Source: a virus
Strand: one strand, 5' to 3'
Length of the DNA: 64,000 nucleotides
IMG/VR virus record: IMGVR_UViG_3300025646_000030
Coordinates: 6,708 to 70,707 of that record
Position 1 is the stretch's first letter. Every line of letters starts with the position of its first letter. A program made the translations under genes and the position numbers. Below, in pieces: positions 21,302 to 30,583 of the stretch. A model generated the notes under the pieces. It was not told the DNA's origin. It saw nothing but the letters and a program-made list of their open reading frames with translations, and did not search any database.

Positions 21302-21787
21302 TTAAGACCGGCGCTCCGCGGGAGTCATCAGAGCTGTGAACACATGGATAGGAATTCGCTGAGACTTCACCAAGTTACGTAGTACGTACTTGGTAACTTC
21401 ATCTGGACCCTCTGCAGCCTCTGAATCTGGCTTCCAATCAGGGAAGGGTAAAAAGTCCTTGACTTGTAGTTTAGGTGCCGGACCTTTTGACCCAGAAAAG
21501 CCGTGAGCTATCTGTATTAACGTTGTCGTTAATCTTGCTGTGGCGAGCGCTTGAAGATTAGCCTGCTCTTGTTCGTGGTCAAGAGCACGCTTTATTGCCC
21601 AGCGCACGACAGCTACAGGCGTGCGGACAAACCGCTCTCGGGGGAAGTCGTCCTTGAGCGGCGATGCCCGCAGCTTGAAATAGATATCGTCCCAATCAGT
21701 TAGAGGAGTTGTTAGGACTTTTTCGCATTCACTCAGGATTTCTTCCGGGGAGGGCTGAACACTTGCTCCTCCTCGTCCTCGTTTTTT
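21302..21787 (-). CDS. Tail assembly chaperone, frameshift extension (gpGT-like)
   Basis: -1 frame is open without stops from the slippery site at 21787 to 21302. Confidence 0.75.
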   Translation of the reverse strand, partial: KKRGRGGASVQPSPEEILSECEKVLTTPLTDWDDIYFKLRASPLKDDFPRERFVRTPVAVVRWAIKRALDHEQEQANLQALATARLTTTLIQIAHGFSGSKGPAPKLQVKDFLPFPDWKPDSEAAEGPDEVTKYVLRNLVKSQRIPIHVFTALMTPAERRS

Positions 21788-22278
21788 GCTTCATTCTCCT
21801 TCGGCCAACCATCCCGCTCCCATAGCACGAGCTCGAAAATCTGATCCATCAGCTTCGTGGGCATGTTCTCAGTGTCTCCTTGCTCCCAGTCCTTGAGTTG
21901 AATCCACTTGTCGCCATCAAGCTTCGATTCGCCTCGGTACTGCATAAACAGTGTCACGAATTCAACCCGTTGCTGGACAGCACTGATGCTATCAACTTGA
22001 AGGTCGTCCAATTCTGCTGCGTATTCGTACACGAGGTCTGTCTCCTCGCTGCCTACCTTGCCTAGCAGGTCAACAGCTTCTTTGGTGCTAATGCCTTTGT
22101 CTTTAGCGATACGTTGTGCAAGCTTGATTGACTTAAAGGTAGAGCGGGACTGTTTCTTGGAGAACTCCTCGATTCCCTTGGCTTCACCCGGAACTAGGTC
22201 ATGGTAAACAGGGAAGCGGAACGGTCCAATTTCGCAATAGGTGGTCGGCTTAAAAAGCAGTGCGCTGTACTTGCTCAT
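21733..22278 (-). CDS. Tail assembly chaperone (gpG-like)
   Basis: Between tail tube and tape measure genes; contains the slippery site. Confidence 0.8.
   Translation of the reverse strand: MSKYSALLFKPTTYCEIGPFRFPVYHDLVPGEAKGIEEFSKKQSRSTFKSIKLAQRIAKDKGISTKEAVDLLGKVGSEETDLVYEYAAELDDLQVDSISAVQQRVEFVTLFMQYRGESKLDGDKWIQLKDWEQGDTENMPTKLMDQIFELVLWERDGWPKENEAKNEDEEEQVFSPPRKKS
21781..21787 (-). other. -1 ribosomal frameshift heptamer A AAA AAC
   Basis: In-frame X XXY YYZ near the end of the chaperone gene. Confidence 0.75.
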
Positions 22279-22504
22279 TGCGGATTGGGAGAGTCACCTG
22301 CCACGCGCGATGAGGCGTTGGCTGGTTGACGAGCTCGGTGGGAATTTCAACCTCCAGACTAGCGTCGCCATACGCCAAGCGTATAAGATGGCTTTGGACG
22401 AGGGGTTCCAGATACAGGGCGCCGCAGTGAATTGTGGTGCCCTCTATCCGGCAATTCACCGCAAAAACAGTGTTAATTGGATCAATCAAAATGTCGTGTT
22501 GCAT
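22250..22504 (-). CDS. Hypothetical protein
   Basis: 84-aa ORF filling the gap before the chaperone. Confidence 0.55.
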   Translation of the reverse strand: MQHDILIDPINTVFAVNCRIEGTTIHCGALYLEPLVQSHLIRLAYGDASLEVEIPTELVNQPTPHRAWQVTLPIRNEQVQRTAF

Positions 22505-22510
22505 TGCTAC

Positions 22511-22535
22511 TAAAAAAGCCCCTCGAAAGGGGCTT
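22511..22535 (-). terminator. Rho-independent terminator after the major tail gene
   Basis: AAGCCCC-TTTCGA-GGGGCTT followed by TTTT. Confidence 0.8.
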
Positions 22536-22560
22536 GGATTGCTGAACCGCTCTCGGTAGC

Positions 22561-23565
22561 TTAGGCGGTCTTGAAGGTGGTGCTCAGACCCTGGATCGGG
22601 CGCTTCAGGCCGCTGGCCGATGCAGTGCCGTTGGCGTCCACCGACTGGGTCAGGGCGCCGTCGGCCACCACCAGGCGGTAGATGGTGCCGGCAGCGAGGT
22701 TCGCATCGGGGTTGATGGTCACCACGTTGCTGGCCAGGCTCACCGTCGCGGGCACCAGAGCACCGGAGGACGCGACCTCGAGGCGGAAGCCGGAGCCGTC
22801 GGTTTGACCCAGAGCAAGTTGGGTCAGAGCTGTGGTGCCGTTGCTGGTGTAGGTGACGGTGATGTTGGCGCCCACGGCATGGCTGTCGGCATTGTCCACC
22901 GGGCTCACAGCAGCCTGACGGGTACCAGCCACAAGGAAGAGCAGCGAAGACTGAACGCCACCAGTGCTGATGGCGGTTGCGCCAGCGTCGTAGCGGCCGA
23001 ACACAGGACGTGCTCGGGACATCAGGTCGAACGAGATCTCGGTCAGACCCTCAGCAGTGAGGTTCTCCGAGTAGTTCTGGATCACCGCGTTGAAACCGGT
23101 GAAGTCGTAGATGTAGTTGCCGCTGGTGCCGTCAGCCTGGCCCAGCTCCTTCAGGAACTCGATGTAGATCTCGTAGTTCTTGTTGTAACGGGCTTTCTGG
23201 ATCAGCTCGAAGCCTTCGTTGTAGCCGCCGCGGAACACAGGGCAGTCCTGGCCGGCGGGGACTTCGGTGTCCTTCAGGAAGTAGGCGGTCACCGAGGCCT
23301 GCACAGAGGATCCGGTGATCACGCTGTCCATCCAACCGTCATCACCCAGGAGACGGAACTCCTGGTTGTTGTCGTTGATCTGGAAGCTGGTGTTGGTGAT
23401 GCCTTGCAGCTCGACGTAGCTCGAGCCGGCGTCCAGGGTCGGCAGGGTGATCAGACCGGCGCTGGAGCGCGTAGCGAAATAGCGGCAGGGAGGGGTCAGA
23501 TCCACGGCGCGGACGATGGTCCGGTGAGCCTTGTGGAACGACAACCCGATGGCGTAGTCGGCCAT
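22561..23565 (-). CDS. Major tail tube protein with C-terminal Ig-like domain
   Basis: Position; strongly biased codons; VTINP.ANL..GT.Y.L.V Ig-like ending. Confidence 0.8.
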   Translation of the reverse strand: MADYAIGLSFHKAHRTIVRAVDLTPPCRYFATRSSAGLITLPTLDAGSSYVELQGITNTSFQINDNNQEFRLLGDDGWMDSVITGSSVQASVTAYFLKDTEVPAGQDCPVFRGGYNEGFELIQKARYNKNYEIYIEFLKELGQADGTSGNYIYDFTGFNAVIQNYSENLTAEGLTEISFDLMSRARPVFGRYDAGATAISTGGVQSSLLFLVAGTRQAAVSPVDNADSHAVGANITVTYTSNGTTALTQLALGQTDGSGFRLEVASSGALVPATVSLASNVVTINPDANLAAGTIYRLVVADGALTQSVDANGTASASGLKRPIQGLSTTFKTA

Positions 23566-23577
23566 GGTGGTGACTCC

Positions 23578-24051
23578 TTAGGGGATCGGGGGGTTCAGAA
23601 CGGCTCCGCGGATGCGGGCCGTGAGGGCCTCGAAGGTGACCTCGGTCCGGGCCATGTACGTGACTTGGTCCCGTGGGAAGGTGCGGGCCAGGCGGCGGCT
23701 GATGTCCAGCAGCGAGACCGGCATGCGCGTGCCTTCCTTGGTGCCGTAGTTCGTGAAGCGCACGTTCCAGGTCTCGAAGGACAGGACGGTGCCCACAGAA
23801 CCGGGGCTGGTGATCTCAGGAACGTCCTCGATGACGCACTCGATGCCGGTGATCGTCCAGTTGGACGGCACCATCGAGGCGCCAGTGACGTAGACCGCAG
23901 GAACGCGGCTGCCATCGGGGAGGCCGTAGTACCCAGGCCAGGCGGTGTAGGCCTTGAGTGTTGTTCCGTCGCTCTCGTAGAGATCGAGGATGTGGAGCTC
24001 AAGGCTGCGCCGGAGCGCCGTAACCGGTGGGCAGTGGGTCGAGATCGTCAT
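23578..24051 (-). CDS. Tail completion/terminator-like protein
   Basis: Position immediately upstream of the tail tube gene. Confidence 0.6.
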   Translation of the reverse strand: MTISTHCPPVTALRRSLELHILDLYESDGTTLKAYTAWPGYYGLPDGSRVPAVYVTGASMVPSNWTITGIECVIEDVPEITSPGSVGTVLSFETWNVRFTNYGTKEGTRMPVSLLDISRRLARTFPRDQVTYMARTEVTFEALTARIRGAVLNPPIP

Positions 24052-24422
24052 TGCTGGGCCTCCAGTGCGGAGCGCAGCAGCTGGCCGAACTTGGCCGGGG
24101 CCTCCTCAAGAGGGGCCTTGGTCCAAGGGCGACCGGGGAAGCGGAGGCCGGTGGTGGCGACTCCGCCCTCGTGGACTTGCCCGGCGTATTCGACCGGCCA
24201 GGTGAACGTGATCGAGCCGTCGGCATTGACGACCCGGGTCTGGCTGGCGCGAAGACGTCCGGTGTCCACGATGTCCCGCACCTGGGGTGGTGTGGGATAA
24301 GGCCACTTCACAGACGAGATTTCCTCGGTGAAGCGGGCATCAAGCCAGGTTCCGAGTTGCCGCATGGCCTGGGCCTTGGCGGTCTCGAGTGCTTGATTCA
24401 GTTGGCGCTCAGGGCGGGCCAT
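24048..24422 (-). CDS. Neck protein (HK97 gp10-like)
   Basis: VDTGRLRAS, YA..VHEG, PGRPW motifs. Confidence 0.75.
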   Translation of the reverse strand: MARPERQLNQALETAKAQAMRQLGTWLDARFTEEISSVKWPYPTPPQVRDIVDTGRLRASQTRVVNADGSITFTWPVEYAGQVHEGGVATTGLRFPGRPWTKAPLEEAPAKFGQLLRSALEAQQ

Positions 24423-24820
24423 TACGACGCACCTCCGATCACGCGGAATGTGCCCTCGATCGTCTGGCGCAGATCACCGCGGTGATAAGCGTCCATCCCC
24501 AGATCGAAGACCAGCTCGAAGCGACCTCGGTAACCGTTGATCACCGCTTCGGCCTGAGAGCCGTTGGTGATCCGCGGATCGAGCGTCGCCGGGCTAAGCA
24601 GGCGGCCCCGGCAGATGTACGTGGTGTTGTCGGTGCCGGCCTCAGCTTTCCAGGTCGGGGCCTGGAGCGAGAGAGCGGCGAGATACTCCACCACCTCAGT
24701 GGCCTGGATCGCGTTGCCTGTGGCGGGATCTGTGGTGGCAAACCCCGTTCCGAGTTCGAACGCCAGTTCGGCGTTGCCCCAGGGGGCGTAGGACGCGATG
24801 GTGGTTGCCGAGATCGCCAT
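24422..24820 (-). CDS. Head closure/head-tail joining protein
   Basis: Position between adaptor and neck genes. Confidence 0.6.
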   Translation of the reverse strand: MAISATTIASYAPWGNAELAFELGTGFATTDPATGNAIQATEVVEYLAALSLQAPTWKAEAGTDNTTYICRGRLLSPATLDPRITNGSQAEAVINGYRGRFELVFDLGMDAYHRGDLRQTIEGTFRVIGGAS

Positions 24821-24822
24821 GG

Positions 24823-25131
24823 CTACAAGGCGAAACCGCTGAGGGACAGGCTGTCGAGCAGCCGCTTGTACTCCTGGCCGTAGAGCGTGGCCTCGAGGCC
24901 GGATCCAGCAGGAGCGCCGGATTTGGCCTCGATTTGCATGCCGATCTGCATGGTCCGAATGGCCAGCAGATGGGCGGCGAGGGTGCTGACGGCATCGGTG
25001 TGAACCGCGCCGAACACCGTCTCGCTGGCAGATCGCCCGGCTTCAGCCAGCGCTCCTTGGACCACCGAGGACGATTGCTCGCCGAACTCGGGGAAGCGGA
25101 GGAGAAATGCGCTGGCCGAGGGGACCGCCAT
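24823..25131 (-). CDS. Head-tail adaptor (DUF4054-like)
   Basis: F..RFPEF, LAAHLL, T.YGQEY motifs. Confidence 0.8.
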   Translation of the reverse strand: MAVPSASAFLLRFPEFGEQSSSVVQGALAEAGRSASETVFGAVHTDAVSTLAAHLLAIRTMQIGMQIEAKSGAPAGSGLEATLYGQEYKRLLDSLSLSGFAL

Positions 25132-25547
25132 CAGCCGTTACCCTCTGTGATGGCCTGGGTCCGCTTGGCGATGGCGTTGCGGACCTTGATCCGCTGCTCC
25201 TTGGCTGACCACTTGTTGAGCTGCTCGAGATCGAAGGAGGCTTCGACGAGCTCGAGGGCTTGGCTGATGGGCAGATCGGCGATGGTGTTGGCCACCACCT
25301 TTGCTGCCACTTCTTCACTGGTGCTTTCCTCTTCGGCATCGATGCGCAGGGCACCGAGCTTGAGGAGGTTCTTCACCACGTCGTAGTCCTTGATCTTGTC
25401 CCACACGGCCTCGGGGAAGTTCCGTGTGACGCCGGAGTTGACTTGGATGTGGTCGGTAAGACCGCCGCCGTCAACGAACGAGAAACCGATGGTGCACTCC
25501 TTATCCATCGGGGGGTTTTCAAGTTCAGGGCGATAAACGAGGATCAT
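25131..25547 (-). CDS. Hypothetical head-module protein
   Basis: 138-aa ORF after the capsid gene. Confidence 0.7.
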   Translation of the reverse strand: MILVYRPELENPPMDKECTIGFSFVDGGGLTDHIQVNSGVTRNFPEAVWDKIKDYDVVKNLLKLGALRIDAEEESTSEEVAAKVVANTIADLPISQALELVEASFDLEQLNKWSAKEQRIKVRNAIAKRTQAITEGNG

Positions 25548-25586
25548 GATGAAGACGTGGTGAAGGTTTGACCAGTTCTGAATAGG

Positions 25587-26504
25587 TCAGGCTTTCTCAA
25601 GAACGAGAGCGCTCTTGGGGTAGTACAGCGAGAGGCCGCCGATGCGAGCGTGAGCCGCAACGGTGAACTCCAGCGCCTGACGCAGCGGAGGCAGAAACTC
25701 CAGGGGCTGCGGGATGTGCAGTTGCAGCTTGTCGGGGCTGCGGTCGTACACCACGATCCGGTCCTTGGACAGGGAACCACCCGACTTACCGGCCTCGAGC
25801 TCGTTGATCGGCTCGATCGCTTGGATCATCGGGTTGGTGCGCAGGAAGAACTCCATCACCGTGGTGTCGGAGGTGGTGCTGCGCGGGGTGGTGGAGATGA
25901 TGCGGTACACGTTGTAGGGCACCAGCATCGTGTTGGGCATCTCCTTCATGTTGCTGTTCTGCACGAGGCGGGTGGGTGCCTCGTTGAGCAGGGCCAGCAT
26001 CTCGTCGGTGGTCACACCGGCGGTGTCGAACCACTTGTCGGGGACAAGCTTGTCGACCTGGTCGTTGTTGAAGAAGCCCTTCATGCCGGAGGGGGTATCG
26101 CCGAAGTAGGCGATCTCCTGCACTTTCTCCTCGTAGGCGCGGCGCACAGCATTGGCGCGGCGCTGCTCCAGGTTCATGCCGGGCACCATGGCGGCGGCAC
26201 GGGTCTCCTGGATGGTGTAGGCGAACGAGGCGCCGAGGGAGCGGACCGGGTGGGTCACTTCCTTGCGGAGCACGTCAGCGCGGGGCAGATCCTGCGCTTT
26301 GTCGCCGATCACCTTCATCGAGCCTTGCTTGTCGAAGACTCGGTAGGTGTAGGAATCGGCGCCGTTGCCCACTTCAGAAGAAATGGGGATGAGGGAGGAG
26401 TACTTGATGTCGGCGTACTCAACCTCGAAGGTGCGAGCCAGGATTGTCTCCAGCTCGCGAGCGAGAAAGACGCCGACCTCGTCGTTACGGATTTCGGTGG
26501 TCAT
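25587..26504 (-). CDS. Major capsid protein (DUF2184/HK97 fold)
   Basis: FLARELE, IAYFGD...GFFN, GG...YYP motifs. Confidence 0.9.
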   Translation of the reverse strand: MTTEIRNDEVGVFLARELETILARTFEVEYADIKYSSLIPISSEVGNGADSYTYRVFDKQGSMKVIGDKAQDLPRADVLRKEVTHPVRSLGASFAYTIQETRAAAMVPGMNLEQRRANAVRRAYEEKVQEIAYFGDTPSGMKGFFNNDQVDKLVPDKWFDTAGVTTDEMLALLNEAPTRLVQNSNMKEMPNTMLVPYNVYRIISTTPRSTTSDTTVMEFFLRTNPMIQAIEPINELEAGKSGGSLSKDRIVVYDRSPDKLQLHIPQPLEFLPPLRQALEFTVAAHARIGGLSLYYPKSALVLEKA

Positions 26505-26521
26505 GGGAGGAAGCTCCGTGA

Positions 26522-27133
26522 TCAGGTGTCGGCGGAGTAGGTCATGCCGGGGATGTCAATCTCCAGCAGGGCCAGGCCGGCGGCCGAGGTTTCGGACAGC
26601 CAACGGGCGCCGGTGACGGCGATGGTGTTGGATGCCACTGCGGTCTTGCCGAAGCGACCGAGGAATGCACCGGCGGTGGTGCCGGAGTAATCCGCCTTGT
26701 AGAAGCGGACGGCATCACCGAGGGCGATGGCTTCGACGCTGTACACCCAGATGACGCCCTTGGAGACCACGTTGATGGTCTCTTTGTCGGGGTAGCCCAC
26801 GCGGCCGTCGGAGTAGACGGGGGTGGGGTTGGGGGTGTAGCTGGAGCCGCCGCTCACGCCCTCGAGCACCAGGGAGCTGACGGCCATGCCCTGGATGTTG
26901 GTCACGCCAGTGGCGATCTCAACGGCAAGAGCGTCGTTGCTGGTGGGGCTGTTGTCGGTGGCGACCAGGACGCCATAAGGGATGGCGGCGCCGGATTGGT
27001 TGCGGTACGAACGGCAGACATAGGCCTGCAGGTCGGCCAGCATGCCCTCGTGGCCGGCAACCTCGCGCAGCGGGTAGCTGCCCTGGGCACCGGTCGGGTT
27101 GGCGACGGTGGTAGCGGTGAAAGTGACTGCCAT
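26522..27133 (-). CDS. Head decoration/cement protein
   Basis: IPYG..V and G.IWV motifs; between protease and capsid genes. Confidence 0.75.
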   Translation of the reverse strand: MAVTFTATTVANPTGAQGSYPLREVAGHEGMLADLQAYVCRSYRNQSGAAIPYGVLVATDNSPTSNDALAVEIATGVTNIQGMAVSSLVLEGVSGGSSYTPNPTPVYSDGRVGYPDKETINVVSKGVIWVYSVEAIALGDAVRFYKADYSGTTAGAFLGRFGKTAVASNTIAVTGARWLSETSAAGLALLEIDIPGMTYSADT

Positions 27134-27145
27134 GGAAGGAACTCC

Positions 27146-28408
27146 TTACTTGGTGGCGGTGAGGGGACGCTTCCAGGCTTCCGCCTGCTTGCTCCGGTAG
27201 GTCTCCGCCGGGGAAGCAGTACCGCGACCAGCACCTTTCAGTGCGTCGCGGAGGGAAGTGGTGCTGTCGGCGCGGTCCTCCTTGGTTTCGGGCTCATCGC
27301 CCTCCTCCTCCTCCTCGGATTCGTCCTCGTCCTCCTCGGTGTCAGCGCGGGCGGCCAGGATGCCGTCCACCACGCCTTGGATGTAGGAGGGCTCAGCGTC
27401 CTCGCGAGGGGCAGAACCGGTCAGGTTTTCGAAGGCCTGGACATAGAGGTCTTCGTTGTCCACGCCGTCGAACTTGAAGTCCTCGGCGAAGGCAGGTGCC
27501 AGCTTCTGCAGCGTGGCGAGACGAGCGGCGACGAGCTGGTCGAGCTCGGCGGTGTCAATGCGGTCGGAAGAGGAGCCGTTCTCGAGCTCGGTGACACGCT
27601 CTTCGAGGGCGTCAGCACGACCTTCGGCTGCTTCCTTTTCGTAGGCCAGGTTGTCGATCTCTTCCTGCTGAGCGTCAAGCTTGGTGGCAAGCTCGTCGCG
27701 CTCAGCAGTTACAGACTTGAGCTGGCGCTCCACGTCCCGTGCGAAGGACTGGACCGCGCTAGCTGCTTCTGCGGGCAGATCGATCTCCAGGCCGTCGAGT
27801 TTGACGGTAGCCATTACGGGAGATGCAGGTGTACAGGGCTGGAGCGCCGGATCAAAGGAGACGGCATCAGCCGCATCCATGCGATCCATGAGCAGGCGAA
27901 CCTCCGGGCCAGCCCGGCCGCGGGGGACGATCGCGATGTGATTCACCCGGATGTTGCGCTGAACGCCCTCGTAGGACTCGCCCTCGGGGGTGATACCAGG
28001 AGTGGGGTCGAAATCGACCTTGTACCCGGCAGAGACTTCAGTGGCGTCTTTGCGTTTGATCTTCTCGATGGCGTCTTGGTCAGTAACGACCAGGGCGACT
28101 TCAACAAAACCGTCGTTGTACCGGACCTGGCTACCGGAGTAGCCGACCTGGAACTGCTTGGTGTTGGCTGAATCGAGAAGAACAGGTGGGTGACCCCACG
28201 TTGCGGGCTTCATGCCGAACGTGGATAGCGATTCCGGGGAGCTCACCTCTTCAGGTGGACGATATTCCCGGACCTGGGAGCCATCCGCACGCTTGTAGAG
28301 CTGTGTGCCCGTGCGCGCCGCACGACACCAGACGCGGAGATAACCCTCGTCGGTGGTTTCGCTGCCCGTAATGGGCGCGAAATCGTAGCGAGAAACGGAT
28401 GTTTCCAT
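27146..28408 (-). CDS. Prohead protease/scaffold (DUF2213)
   Basis: EGYL, ARTG.Q.Y, EYRPPEEV, HP, E.SAGY, NHIAIV.RGRAG motifs; coiled-coil acidic C-terminal half. Confidence 0.9.
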   Translation of the reverse strand: METSVSRYDFAPITGSETTDEGYLRVWCRAARTGTQLYKRADGSQVREYRPPEEVSSPESLSTFGMKPATWGHPPVLLDSANTKQFQVGYSGSQVRYNDGFVEVALVVTDQDAIEKIKRKDATEVSAGYKVDFDPTPGITPEGESYEGVQRNIRVNHIAIVPRGRAGPEVRLLMDRMDAADAVSFDPALQPCTPASPVMATVKLDGLEIDLPAEAASAVQSFARDVERQLKSVTAERDELATKLDAQQEEIDNLAYEKEAAEGRADALEERVTELENGSSSDRIDTAELDQLVAARLATLQKLAPAFAEDFKFDGVDNEDLYVQAFENLTGSAPREDAEPSYIQGVVDGILAARADTEEDEDESEEEEEGDEPETKEDRADSTTSLRDALKGAGRGTASPAETYRSKQAEAWKRPLTATK

Positions 28409-28470
28409 GCCGACAGCTTAAGGCGTTTGGTTGCAAGCGATAGGCTGATTCGGATAGCGTATGGCCGAAC

Positions 28471-28686
28471 GTGGCGATCTATCGGCAGCTTGCACTTTGC
28501 GAGCGTATTAGGCAACTAAGAATAAAGACTGGATACACTCAGTCTCAGGTAGCTGAAAAGCTTGCTATCAGTCAAGCGGCCTACTGTAGGCTTGAAAAAG
28601 GAGAGATTGAGTTCGCAGTATCAAAGCTGTTTGAGTTGGCAGATTTGTATGGGTTTCCGGCCTCGTTGTTGATCGAGGGGCTCTAG
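28471..28686 (+). CDS. XRE-family HTH transcriptional regulator
   Basis: RIRQLR...GYTQ.QVAEKL.ISQ..Y.RLEKGE. Confidence 0.85.
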   Translation: MAIYRQLALCERIRQLRIKTGYTQSQVAEKLAISQAAYCRLEKGEIEFAVSKLFELADLYGFPASLLIEGL

Positions 28687-28847
28687 GCGTTCAAGACCTC
28701 GGTGTGCCAAACGACGGCGCCTTCGGAAATGAGGCGTTTTCGGATGGCTTGGGTTTCGTGGACGGGGCAAAACAGCGTTTGCGCCCCGGCGTTGTTCCAG
28801 AACCAGATGCGGGTGTAGGCGTGCTCAGGGGTGCGGGCGGGCTTCAT
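28683..28847 (-). CDS. Small hypothetical protein (54 aa)
   Basis: Translated by hand: MKPARTPEHAYTRIWFWNNAGAQTLFCP... Confidence 0.6.
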   Translation of the reverse strand: MKPARTPEHAYTRIWFWNNAGAQTLFCPVHETQAIRKRLISEGAVVWHTEVLNA

Positions 28848-28852
28848 GCGAC

Positions 28853-29140
28853 CTACGGGGCGAAGCCTTCAGCCCAGATCGAGTCGCGCTTCAGACGGGG
28901 TTGCTCGCCATGGCCGTTGCGAGCGCGGTTGGTGGAGGGATCTTCGAGGACGGTTTTTCCGGCCTCGGTGTGGGAAACGTCAGGGCCGCCTTTGCCGTCG
29001 ATGCCACGTCTGCGGCGCTCGCGGTTGAGTTCAGCGCGGCGCTTGCGTTCCGAGGGGCGTCGGTTGATCTCCGCTTGGGCGCGTTGGCGCTTGGCCCGGG
29101 CCTCGGGATGGGAGCGGTAGTAGGCGGCGGTGGAGGTCAT
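28853..29140 (-). CDS. Basic minimal HNH-like protein with C-terminal DSIWAEGF tag
   Basis: G.GGPDVSH...NRARN pattern; Arg-rich. Confidence 0.65.
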   Translation of the reverse strand: MTSTAAYYRSHPEARAKRQRAQAEINRRPSERKRRAELNRERRRRGIDGKGGPDVSHTEAGKTVLEDPSTNRARNGHGEQPRLKRDSIWAEGFAP

Positions 29141-29143
29141 GGG

Positions 29144-30583
29144 TCAGTCTTCCCACTCGTTGACAGTGAATGGGCGCTGTCCACGTCGGGTCGTGAGCGG
29201 GCGAGGCAGTGCAGTACCGAAGGGCTGTTGACGTTCGCGAGCAAGACGCGCATCGCGCTCGGGTTTGAGGGCGAGGAAGAGACGTGCGGGTTTGACACCT
29301 AGGCGGCGGGCTTCGCTCTTAATTGCAGTGGGGCGAAACTTGAGATCACGTTCAAACGCTGCACGGTCTGTTGAGCCTCGTTGAGCGGTCAAAATCCGCC
29401 GCGTAAGCCCTGGAATTCGAGGTTGATCCAGACTGCGAACAAACCGTGAACGGGGCATGCGCCCCTCAGTCCAGAGCAGGTCGGCCTCGAGCGCGTCGTG
29501 GTACCGGTTGACCGCTACCTCGAATTTTTCCCAAGAACGACTGTAGTCACGAGCTTGTGTTTCGATATTATCAAGCACACCTTTGAAGCGGTTATCTGTG
29601 AAGTCTCTTGCGTCTGCCTCGCTATACCCGACCATTGAAGGCAATCTACGTAGATCACTTAGTAAGTTTTCGACACCATCTCGGGAATGCACTGGGTGCC
29701 TGTAATCATCGATATCAGTAGAGTAACCAAAGTCAATAATGGCAACTTTGCGGCTACGCGGCTGCACCATGATGTTGCCGCTATGAATATCGCCATGTGC
29801 GAGACCCTCGGTGTGTAGTTTGCGGAACTCGCGGAGCATTTTGACTTTGACAATCGAAGGGGCGCTAGCTGCAGTGCCATAGGCGTCTGGGTGCACAGAG
29901 TCCAGGGTCTTGTAGCCCCTCATGTGAGAAAGGATCAGCGTCTGCGACCGCACGTCACCGTATTCGTCTGTGACAGCGTTCATGCCTAATGGTTGTGGGA
30001 CGTTGACCCCTTTGCCGTGTGCTTTATCCAGGCGGTCATATTCCCAGCTGACGTCGTCATCGTCTCCGTTGCGGAATAGCTTGACGCCGTACTTCTCAGA
30101 TGGATGGACGAAGTAGGTGCCGAATGCACCTTCCCCGGCTTGGCAACGCGGGTTGGGGATCGCCGCGTCAAACTTCGCCGGGGCTGTCAGCTTTCCCAGG
30201 CCATTGCCGCACTCCATGGCGCGACGACGCGCGTTGATCTTTTCCTGTACGTCCCACTTCTGCCCACCGGCGACGGCCTCATCGGCGATTTTCCGAGCCT
30301 GCTCAGGTGTGAGCTTTTGATTATTTCGGGCGCTATCAGGTCGTGCGCGCCGTTCTCCAACGGTTAGAGGGCGTTGCTTGTTGCGTATGTGTTTAGCCAA
30401 ATAGGCACCTCCTGTTAGTACGCCTGCGGCAAGAGCCACTTTAGCTGCGGTTTGGAGGTTTGAGTTGGTAGAGGAACCCGCTTTTTTACTGCATTTATGG
30501 TTCTTGGGAATAAACGACTCACCGCACGGCTTTCCCTTCCCGCCCTCGGGGGCGTCGATCCTTACCAGGCCGAGGACTTTCCC
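29144..30583 (-). CDS. Protein kinase module (Cys motif, TM, kinase), probably expressed by -1 frameshift
   Basis: GEGAFG, VKLF, HGDIHSGN, IIDFG kinase motifs; frame entered at G GGA AAG; the only annotated upstream start is a TTG inside the previous gene. Confidence 0.85.
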   Translation of the reverse strand, partial: GKVLGLVRIDAPEGGKGKPCGESFIPKNHKCSKKAGSSTNSNLQTAAKVALAAGVLTGGAYLAKHIRNKQRPLTVGERRARPDSARNNQKLTPEQARKIADEAVAGGQKWDVQEKINARRRAMECGNGLGKLTAPAKFDAAIPNPRCQAGEGAFGTYFVHPSEKYGVKLFRNGDDDDVSWEYDRLDKAHGKGVNVPQPLGMNAVTDEYGDVRSQTLILSHMRGYKTLDSVHPDAYGTAASAPSIVKVKMLREFRKLHTEGLAHGDIHSGNIMVQPRSRKVAIIDFGYSTDIDDYRHPVHSRDGVENLLSDLRRLPSMVGYSEADARDFTDNRFKGVLDNIETQARDYSRSWEKFEVAVNRYHDALEADLLWTEGRMPRSRFVRSLDQPRIPGLTRRILTAQRGSTDRAAFERDLKFRPTAIKSEARRLGVKPARLFLALKPERDARLARERQQPFGTALPRPLTTRRGQRPFTVNEWED

